Of a stretch of DNA of 64,000 nucleotides, positions 13,685 to 21,742 are shown in pieces; the stretch's first letter is position 1; each line of letters starts with the position of its first letter. The DNA is taken from the NCBI GenBank assembly GCA_043228905.1, contig JBHGNT010000020.1, positions 9,114,001 through 9,178,000 on the forward strand. The letters are read 5' to 3'. The position numbers and the translations under genes were made by a program. The notes below the pieces were generated by a model. That model searched no databases. It was not told the DNA's origin and saw only the letters and a program-made list of their open reading frames with translations. This stretch comes from Azolla caroliniana (lineage: Eukaryota; Plantae; Polypodiophyta).

Positions 13685-14037
13685 TGTCAAGATTCGAACT
13701 CTTGACACGACCATGTTATAATCTACTATTATGAGTTAACCAAGATATCTAGTACTAGTTATGTATGTAATTGGTCCTTATTATTTTGCTAGCATCATGT
13801 GCATAGTTGCTCCCTTGTAGTATTTACACTTGGCACATGCATGCATACCTACATGCTCTATTGTAGATTCACATGCGTGCAACAAGTGTGCATGCCATGT
13901 AGTATAAATAGAGGAGTTCACCTTGAAGGAATTCAAGGTGAACAACACCAGTTATGGAGTCTTTCCTTTAGTACTATCTTCTTTCTTGTCCATTTGGTTA
14001 TCTTCTTGGTTGTCTCTTGAGTTTATGATCCGTGACA
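13685..14037 (+). repeat. 5' LTR of the chromovirus
   Basis: Direct repeat of 18622-18974; TATAAATA at 13903-13910. Confidence 0.97.
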
Positions 14038-14039
14038 GT

Positions 14040-14050
14040 TTGTTCACCTT
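14040..14050 (+). promoter_or_regulatory. Self-priming primer-binding site TTGTTCACCTT
   Basis: Exact reverse complement of AAGGTGAACAA at 13935-13945, 32 nt after the TATA start; no TGG-type tRNA PBS after the LTR. Confidence 0.8.
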
Positions 14051-14087
14051 CCCATCCTCATAGCTCTCCCTCTCATAAGCCATAGCT

Positions 14088-15104
14088 ATGTCCGACTCAA
14101 CTAGTGAGTTAGGCCAAATAATGGTAGCCTTACGACAACTACAGCTTGAAAATGAAGCTCTTCGAAATTCTTTACAAGAACTTCAAGTCGGTACCTCCGT
14201 ATCCTCACAACCCCCGAACCCTAGTCTCCCACAACAACCTAGCCTAGAGCCCGATCTTCTACCAACATCTAGCCTAGCTTCGTCACAGTTTCTTGAGCCT
14301 AAGGTTAGCCTCCCAGAAAAATTTGATGGAACGAGGTCGCGTTTCCGAGGGTTCATCAACCAAGTTCGACTTATCATTCGGCTACAACCTCAACGTTATG
14401 GAGATGGTCTTCGACAAGTCGGTCTTGTGGGCACCCTTCTCTCCGGTCCGGCCCAAGCTTGGTTTGCACCATTGGTAGAAACCTCATCACCTTTATTGGA
14501 GGACTTTCCCGCCTTCCTCGCCGAGTTAGAGGCCACATTTGGAGAGACGGACCGACGACGTACAGCTCTTAACAAGATTTATGCACTCGAACAAGGTTCA
14601 CGTGCAGCTTCGGTCTATGCTTCCGAATTTCGACAACTAGCATGCGACGTCAATTGGGATGATCAAGCTTTAGTTGATCACTTTCGGCGCGGTCTTCGAA
14701 GCAATGTCAAGAATCTTCTCTTAAACTTTCCGGAGCCCACCTCGTTATCCCAAGCGATTTCACAAGCAGTCCATTGTGACAATCGTCTTTTCGAATTTCG
14801 CCAAGAAGAGCGCCGAACTTGGGTTCCACCTCATTCACTTCCACGCCACGCCCCAGTCATACAACCCCAAGCATCCTCACACTCCCCTACTTCGGCAGAT
14901 GCTCCTGTCCCCATGGAAATTGATCAAGCCCGATTTCGGCCATTGACTGATGCTGAACGACAATTTCGGCGGGCTAATGGCTTGTGCATGTATTGTGGCG
15001 CCTCCGGTCATGTCGTTCGCCATTGTCCTAGGAGTACTCGCCCACAATTCCATCGAGCTAACGGACCCCAACATCCGGAAAACGACATCGTTCGGTTGCA
15101 GTAG
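14088..15104 (+). CDS. gag: Gag (PEG10/retrotrans_gag-like capsid plus CCHC zinc knuckle), 338 aa
   Basis: 'PEKFDG..FRGFINQ', 'LEQG..ASVYASEF', 'PVPMEID', CMYCGASGHVVRHC. Confidence 0.95.
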   Translation: MSDSTSELGQIMVALRQLQLENEALRNSLQELQVGTSVSSQPPNPSLPQQPSLEPDLLPTSSLASSQFLEPKVSLPEKFDGTRSRFRGFINQVRLIIRLQPQRYGDGLRQVGLVGTLLSGPAQAWFAPLVETSSPLLEDFPAFLAELEATFGETDRRRTALNKIYALEQGSRAASVYASEFRQLACDVNWDDQALVDHFRRGLRSNVKNLLLNFPEPTSLSQAISQAVHCDNRLFEFRQEERRTWVPPHSLPRHAPVIQPQASSHSPTSADAPVPMEIDQARFRPLTDAERQFRRANGLCMYCGASGHVVRHCPRSTRPQFHRANGPQHPENDIVRLQ

Positions 15105-15127
15105 GAGCCATGCAACTGGACATCTCC
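15077..15127 (+). promoter_or_regulatory. Putative -1 ribosomal frameshift signal
   Basis: G GAA AAC (15077-83) in the gag frame, 7-nt spacer, stem 15091-15100/15111-15120; the -1 frame is open and in phase with pol. Confidence 0.75.
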
Positions 15128-18100
15128 CGTCGCCCACATTCTCTTGGTTCCATTGCCGGACCATCAGGCAATTTCACATTGGAGGTATGGCTTTCGTTTA
15201 ACTCTAGTTCCATTCAATCTGTTGCTTTACTTGATTCTGGGGCATCTTCTTGCTTCATCGACGTCGCGTTTGCCCAAGCACATGGCGTACCTGTCGTTGG
15301 CCTCTCAAAACCCATTCCAGTTGAAGCCATCGACGGGTGCGTCCTCTCGTCAGGTGCAATTACTCAAGCTACAATCCCATTAGGGCTTCGGGTGGGCTCA
15401 CACCAAGAGGAGCTCACCTTTTACCTCATCGCATCTCCTCGACATCCGATCGTCTTAGGACTAACGTGGTTGGAGGCGCACAATCCAATAGTAGATTGGT
15501 GCAACCGCTCGATCACATTTAGCAAGCCAAGATGCTCGTGCAAAAGTATGAAGGTAAATTCAGTTTCCTATCCTTCGGAGACGGTCGACTCCGAATTGAC
15601 TACCCCATCATCCGTCCAGGATGGGTTTGTCTGTGGCGCCATTTCTAACACACTCCATGTTATTCCCGAAAAATACCAACACTTCTCCGACGTATTTGAA
15701 AAATGTAATGCTGATCGGTTGCCTGAACACCGGCTCTACGACTGTCCGATTGATCTTCAAGAAGGTGCGTGTCCACCCTTTGGTCCTCTATATGCGTTGT
15801 CTGCACCAGAGTTGAAGGCCCTTCGTGTGTATCTTGATGAGAACCTCGCGAAAGGCTTTATTCAACCTTCTAAGTCACCAGCCGGGGCCCCCATTTTATT
15901 TGTGAAGAAGAAGGACGGCTCTCTACGCTTATGCGTCGACTACCGAGGTCTCAACAAACTCACTGTGCGCAACCGCTATCCGCTACCTCTGATCCCCGAA
16001 CTCCTTGATCGGCTCCGAGTTGCGCGTGTCTTCTCCAAAGTTGATCTGCGTGGCGCATACAATCTAGTACGCATCAAGCCAGGGGATGAATGGAAAACTG
16101 CATTTCGAACACGGTATGGGCATTTCGAATACAAGGTAATGCCTTTTGGTCTTACTAACGCTCCCGCAGTTTTTCAACATATGATGAACGATATTTTCCG
16201 GGAATATCTTGATCTTTTTGTTGTCATTTACCTCGATGATATTCTCATTTTCTCGCCAAACATGGAGGAGCACACTCGCCAAGTCCGATTAGTTCTGGCC
16301 AAACTTCGCGAGCATGGCCTTTATGCCAAAAGCGAGAAATGCGAGTTCGACCGTACCTCGATCGAATTTCTGGGCTACATCATCTCGCCCACTGGCATCA
16401 CCATGGATATGAAGAAGGTCTCTGTCATTCAGACGTGGACGACTCCAAGGCGACTTAAAGATGTGCAATCCTTCCTCGGCTTCGCAAATTTTTACCGTCG
16501 CTTCATCAAGGGGTTTTCCACCCTAGCACAACCTCTTATCGCTCTCACCCATAAGGGCACTCCATTTTTATGGACCTCGGAGGCACAAAATGCGTTCGAC
16601 TCACTCAAACACGCATTCATCACTGCCCCGGTGCTGCTACATGCCGACCCCACAAAACCCTTCCAAGTCGAAACCGATGCCTCTGACTTTGCCATCGGCG
16701 CCATCTTATCCCAAGCAGACAACAACAACCTAATGCACCCAGTGGCTTACTATTCCCGAAAATTTACGGCATCCGAAATCAATTATCCCATTTACGACAA
16801 GGAGCTTGCTGCTATCATTGCTGCCTTTGAAGAATGGCGACCCTACTTGGCCGGCGCACAACATCGTGTCCAGGTAGTGACTGATCATAAAAATTTAGTT
16901 TATTTTTCCACCACTCGTACTTTGAATCGAAGGCAGGCCCGTTGGTCTACATTTCTCGCTGACTACGATTTTGAGATTGTATTTCGACCTGGTGGCCAAC
17001 ATGGGAAGGCTGATGCCCTTTCTCGCCGAGCTGACCTTGCACTCCGCCCTGGGGATGCTGCTTATGCTCAACAATCTAGACGTTTGTTGAAACCCGACCA
17101 ATTGCATATGTTTGCCACTTGTATGTTGCAGGATGATTCTTTACTCCAACAAATCACTGATGCATCCAAGACCGATGCGTTCGCCAACGAGATTCGAGAT
17201 AGTCTGCAAAACCCCTCCAAGGCGACCAAAAGGAAGGATCTTGACACCTTCACCATACAAGAGGGTTTGTTGTTCCGAGATCATCTCTTATACGTCCCAG
17301 AGGGCCCATGTCGCACCCGGGTGTTGCGGGAATGCCACGATGACCCACTTGCAGGTCATTTCGGGGTCGCGAAAACCCTCGAGCTAATCTCTCGGGGGTA
17401 TTGGTGGCCACAACCATGGAAGCTGGTCAAAGAATACATAAAGAGTTGTGAGGTTTGTGCTCGCTCCAAAGCCATTCATCATCGGCCATACGGCTTACTA
17501 CAGCCGCTTCCATGTCCTCGTCGTCCTTGGGCCTCTATCTCTATGGACCTGATAACTGATCTACCCTTGGTCAATAGCTATGACTCGGTGTTGGTCGTTG
17601 TCGATCGGTTTACGAAGATGGCTCACTTCACTCCATGCTCCAAAACCATTTCCGGAGAAGGAATGGTGCATCTCCTACTCAACAATGTAGTACGCTTGCA
17701 TGGACTCCCCGATGATGTCATCTCGGATCGCGGACCCCAGTTTGTCTCTCACTTCTGGCAACGCCTGCTACAAACTTTAGGCATCTCTGTCAAGTTGTCC
17801 TCCGCTTATCACCCCCAAACTGACGGGCAAACGGAGCGTGTCAACCAAATCCTTGAGCAGTATCTTCGGTGCTCGGTTAGTTACCAACAAGATGATTGGG
17901 TCAACTTACTTTCGCTCGCGGAATTCGCCTACAATAATTCTCTCCATGCATCGACTGGCGTCACTCCCTTCTTTGCCAACTATGGTTTACATCCTCGCTT
18001 CAACATTTCCCTTCCTACCACTTCTGTGAACCCTTCGGCGGAGGATCGTGCCCGCATTTTGGAAGAAGTACATCATGATTTATCCTTGGAGCTTAGTCTT

Positions 18101-18658
18101 GCTAATGAACGATACAAGAAGCAGGCTGATCGCCATCGATCTTCCACTCCACACTTTGTCGTTGGAGACATGGTCTGGTTGTTACGTCGACACATCTCTA
18201 CTACTCGTCCATGTGCGAAACTTGATTACAAGAAGTTGGGACCATTCCGTATCATCGAGTGCATCAATCCCGTCGCCTTCCGGCTCGCCCTTCCATCCCA
18301 CTTCCGGATTCACGATGTTTTTCATGTCTCCCTCCTCGAACCCCATTATGCTTCACAACTCCCAGGACGTCAAGCCCCACCACCACCACCTGTGCAATTG
18401 ACGACAGGGGAGGAATACGAGGTCGACCAAATCCTTGACTTGCGTTGGCACCGTCGACACTTGCAATACCTCGTCCTATGGAGGGGTTACCCCATGTCTG
18501 AGGCCACATGGGAACCATCGGCAAATTTACAAAATGCCCCAGAGGTCGTCCAAGATTTTCATCACCGATATCCCCACAAACCAGCGGCCGATTTGGGAAG
18601 GCGGCGTAAGAGGGGGGATAATGTCAAGATTCGAACTCTTGACATGACCATGTTATAA
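15110..18658 (+). CDS. pol: Pol: protease-RT-RNase H-integrase-chromodomain (1182 aa from first ATG; probably expressed by -1 frameshift)
   Basis: LLDSGA; YLDD; TDASD; HHCC 'HDDPLAGH..CEVC'; SDRGPQF; GPF; chromodomain 'EEYEVDQILD..YLVLWRGY..TWEP'. ORF reads through the PPT and stops inside the 3' LTR. Confidence 0.96.
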   Translation: MQLDISRRPHSLGSIAGPSGNFTLEVWLSFNSSSIQSVALLDSGASSCFIDVAFAQAHGVPVVGLSKPIPVEAIDGCVLSSGAITQATIPLGLRVGSHQEELTFYLIASPRHPIVLGLTWLEAHNPIVDWCNRSITFSKPRCSCKSMKVNSVSYPSETVDSELTTPSSVQDGFVCGAISNTLHVIPEKYQHFSDVFEKCNADRLPEHRLYDCPIDLQEGACPPFGPLYALSAPELKALRVYLDENLAKGFIQPSKSPAGAPILFVKKKDGSLRLCVDYRGLNKLTVRNRYPLPLIPELLDRLRVARVFSKVDLRGAYNLVRIKPGDEWKTAFRTRYGHFEYKVMPFGLTNAPAVFQHMMNDIFREYLDLFVVIYLDDILIFSPNMEEHTRQVRLVLAKLREHGLYAKSEKCEFDRTSIEFLGYIISPTGITMDMKKVSVIQTWTTPRRLKDVQSFLGFANFYRRFIKGFSTLAQPLIALTHKGTPFLWTSEAQNAFDSLKHAFITAPVLLHADPTKPFQVETDASDFAIGAILSQADNNNLMHPVAYYSRKFTASEINYPIYDKELAAIIAAFEEWRPYLAGAQHRVQVVTDHKNLVYFSTTRTLNRRQARWSTFLADYDFEIVFRPGGQHGKADALSRRADLALRPGDAAYAQQSRRLLKPDQLHMFATCMLQDDSLLQQITDASKTDAFANEIRDSLQNPSKATKRKDLDTFTIQEGLLFRDHLLYVPEGPCRTRVLRECHDDPLAGHFGVAKTLELISRGYWWPQPWKLVKEYIKSCEVCARSKAIHHRPYGLLQPLPCPRRPWASISMDLITDLPLVNSYDSVLVVVDRFTKMAHFTPCSKTISGEGMVHLLLNNVVRLHGLPDDVISDRGPQFVSHFWQRLLQTLGISVKLSSAYHPQTDGQTERVNQILEQYLRCSVSYQQDDWVNLLSLAEFAYNNSLHASTGVTPFFANYGLHPRFNISLPTTSVNPSAEDRARILEEVHHDLSLELSLANERYKKQADRHRSSTPHFVVGDMVWLLRRHISTTRPCAKLDYKKLGPFRIIECINPVAFRLALPSHFRIHDVFHVSLLEPHYASQLPGRQAPPPPPVQLTTGEEYEVDQILDLRWHRRHLQYLVLWRGYPMSEATWEPSANLQNAPEVVQDFHHRYPHKPAADLGRRRKRGDNVKIRTLDMTML

Positions 18659-18974
18659 TCTACTATTATGAGTTAACCAAGATATCTAGTACTAGTTATG
18701 TATGTAATTGGTCCTTATTATTTTGCTAGCATCATGTGCATAGTTGCTCCCTTGTAGTATTTACACTTGGCACATGCATGCATACCTGCATGCTCTATTG
18801 TAGATTCACATGCGTGCAACAAGTGTGCATGCCATGTAGTATAAATAGAGGAGTTCACCTTGAAGGAATTCAAGGTGAACAACACCAGTTATGGAGTCTT
18901 TCCTTTAGTACTATCTTCTTTCTTGTCCATTTGGTTATCTTCTTGGTTGTCTCTTGAGTTTATGATCCGTGACA
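18622..18974 (+). repeat. 3' LTR of the chromovirus
   Basis: Follows the PPT and is followed by TSD CCGAC. Confidence 0.97.
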
Positions 18975-21413
18975 CCGACAAATAGTCGGAAGGCTGATAT
19001 ACTTGAAAATCACCCGACCTGACATCAGTTATCCGATCGGAGTGATCAGCCAGTTCATGCAGAAGTTGACCGTTGAGCACCTTCAGTGCGCACACCGGAT
19101 ACTCCGGTATGTTAGCGGCACGAAGGACCGGGGACTGTTATACCGACACGGTATAACTAAAGAGCTAGTCGGATACACAGATGTCGACTGGGCTGGTGAT
19201 GAATCGGATCGCCGATCCACCTCCGGGTACATGTTTTCCCTTGGTAGCGTAGCTGTCGCGTGGACCTGCAAAAAGCAGCCAACAGTGGCTCTGTCAAGCA
19301 CTAAGGCTGAATACCAAGGCACTACCAATGCCACATGTGAAGCTATATGGCTTCGGCGACAACTGCGAGATCTTCGGATCGAGGTGTCGACCCCGATCCT
19401 AATCTACTACGACAACATGAGCAGCATTCAGCTCGCCAAGCACCTTGTGTTCCATACTCGGACGAAGCACATAGAAGTCCACTATCACTTTGTGCGTGAG
19501 CAGGTTTTGAGCAGTGAAGTCAAACTTCGGTATGTTCAGACGGATCGGTAGGTTTCCGACATCTTCACCAAACCGCTCGGATCAGACAAGTTGTAGCACT
19601 TCACCGAAATGCTTGGTGTACAACATCTCGACGTGCCGCACTTGAGGGGGAGAACAGGAACGAGCAAAGGTACTGGTGATGACACCGGACAAGGAGCCGA
19701 AGAGGAAGAAAGAACCAAGGGGGGAGATGAGCAAAAAAAGGTAGCCGAGTCGAACGAAGGAGTCGGCACATCCGAACAAGTCAGAGCAAGCGGCAACGGC
19801 GGCAGAGTCAAGAAGGACAGAGGCGACCAGAAGAAGGCCAAGACCCGGACATGGTTTGATGTGGTGAAGGGCCTAAAAACGAAAGACAAGTTGGAAACTA
19901 CCAACTCGGACAAGAGCTGGAACGAATCGAAAGAAGCCGATTCGGTTCAAGATTCGGAGAAGCCGGATCAACTAAAGGCCAAACAGCAAAGGAGCTGAAA
20001 TGGGCCTGTTGAGCAGACAAGCCGACCGAGGAGGTCGAGGTGCGCAGAAACAGAAGGGTCACATCAAACAGAACCGGACCGAACAAGGAGCGCGAGCAAG
20101 ACAGAGCAACGCCAGAAGGAGCCGGGTAGAAGAACCGGCTGCCACAGACACTGACATATAAACGAACTAAGAAAACTCTCAAAATACATATAAACGAGAT
20201 TAAACTTGGTTAATCACTCTTAATTAGTTGATATGGAAGAGTACGCAAAGAAATGAGGAAGTATTAGAATAAGCACAATCAATGGTTTTAAGAGATACCT
20301 TACAAGTTACAATCAACCCAAAGGCTTAAGATAGGAGCGGGGCACTTTGGGGCTTACTTATCTTAGTAATTAGATTAAAGAAGTGATCATAACTCGGTTA
20401 CAACTTACAAGATAAAATTAGAAGAGGCTTAGCTCTAGCACAAGTTCTCAAAAATGACAAGAAGCAACTAAAAAGACTTTAACATTGTCTTTTATAGTGC
20501 TTGCAATGCGCTTAGGCCTTTTCACACTAATTCGTCTCTCTCTCTACTCTTTTACATGTCTTTATTCCTTTGTCTTTTTCCTAGCTCCTTCATCTCTGAC
20601 CAAGGTTCCAATTATTTATTGGAGTGTGGGGCCTTTGATGAGGTCAAAGCTCATATCCTACTTGGGATGATCGTGCTTGTGAAAGTGCGAGTGTGCACAC
20701 ACTCTCATGCAAAGTAGGATGCGAAGGTGGTGGGAAAAAAAGGATGGTGGCCTAGAGAGTTGGATCCAAGACATCCAGGTGCCCATATGTGAACTCTATC
20801 GTAGTCTAGTCTGGAACACTCAATCCTCAGTGGGTCATGGGGGGCTTTGCGATGTTTCGAGAGGCGCTGCCATGACTGATGCCCCCTCAACATAAATTAA
20901 CAATGTTGGTCCGGACTGATCTGATGTCGGGGAGGTCCTCGTGGTGAGCTCTTGTTGCCGTTGTAGAGAGGTCATGAGCTCTTCGAATATCCTATATCTC
21001 CGGCTTCCTTGGCTTGGTAGGTCTCCTCTAAGGTAGTCTGTACCTGAACCTGGGCTTCTTGTTGCAGAACCACATGTGGTTGTTCCTGGAGATCACTTGC
21101 TCAAGCAAGTGCTTGTCGACCACTCAGCCATCCAAAGGACAATAAGTTTTTGGACATTTTGCCATTGTTCTTGCAAGTCTGCATGGTCTTTTGCACATCA
21201 GAGAGAAGTATGTCAGCTTTCTCTGAAGACTTCACTAGCATCGGCAAATGATGAATAAGGCTGAACACAAAACTGTCTTAAGCTTTCTCAAGCTTCAAAA
21301 GCATAGGAAATCAACTCTTATACCAACACCAAATCTTATTGCTCATCATGTTCAATTCACACGAGGACACCCAGATGCACTCATTGAATTTTGTCATAGC
21401 TTCGCTCCACCAC

Positions 21414-21524
21414 CATTATTGCCACCCACCCATGCTCTATCTCGCTTAAATCCTTGCATGAACACATCATTATTGCCACCCACCCATTCTCTATCTCGCT
21501 TAAATCCTTGTATGAACACATCAT
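21414..21524. repeat. 54-bp tandem duplication
   Basis: CATTATTGCCACCCACCCAT...GAACACAT at 21414 and 21468. Confidence 0.92.
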
Positions 21525-21742
21525 AATCACACAATGAGATTTGATAGACAATGAGATTTTATTCTGGAGAACACCCTTAGTATAACGGTCAAATCCATCT
21601 GGCACTCTCAAGCTAATGATGCATTGAGATCTGAATCCAGGTCCTAAACCCAATCACGATTGTAATCCCATAGGCCCTTGAAACAATGGTCACTGCATGG
21701 GTAGTCATACTTTTCCCTTTCTCAACTGAATAATCCCTGCTA
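21450..21742 (-). pseudogene. Possible decayed DYW-domain remnant behind PPR gene 2
   Basis: After the stop: QGLFS*EREKYDYPCSDHC, RAYGI, ISLRVPDGFDRYTK and MCSCKD in changing frames, in DYW order. Confidence 0.4.

Larger units (their letters stand above)
13685..18974 (+). mobile_element. Intact Ty3/gypsy chromovirus (Tcn1/Tf1-sushi-like) LTR retrotransposon
   Basis: 353-bp LTRs TGTCA...TGACA (13685-14037, 18622-18974) with 2 differences; 5-bp TSD CCGAC (13680-84, 18975-79); uninterrupted gag and pol; PPT AAGAGGGGGGA 18608-18618. Confidence 0.97.
10494..20160 (+). mobile_element. Degenerate Ty1/copia element B, no recognisable LTRs, interrupted in RT by the gypsy chromovirus
   Basis: gag 3' part with Zn knuckle CWYCGKKGHRESEC, protease 'WFIDSGALNHM', GAG-pre-integrase 'LWHKRIGH', integrase, RT '[17 protein letters not shown]', RNase H (19003-19551). 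Removing the insertion and one TSD restores KRF-RQIVGRLIYL. Ends approximate. Confidence 0.88.

Noticed and set aside
13799-14020. Duplicated 73-aa ORF (also 18736-18957)
   Set aside because: Incidental ORF inside the two LTR copies; no coding evidence.
15102-15112. Stop-codon readthrough between gag and pol
   Set aside because: pol is in the -1 frame relative to gag, so readthrough cannot join them.
20200-21350. Possible LINE remnant or 3' LTR of copia B
   Set aside because: No PPT, TG..CA boundary or partner LTR, and no convincing protein motif by eye.
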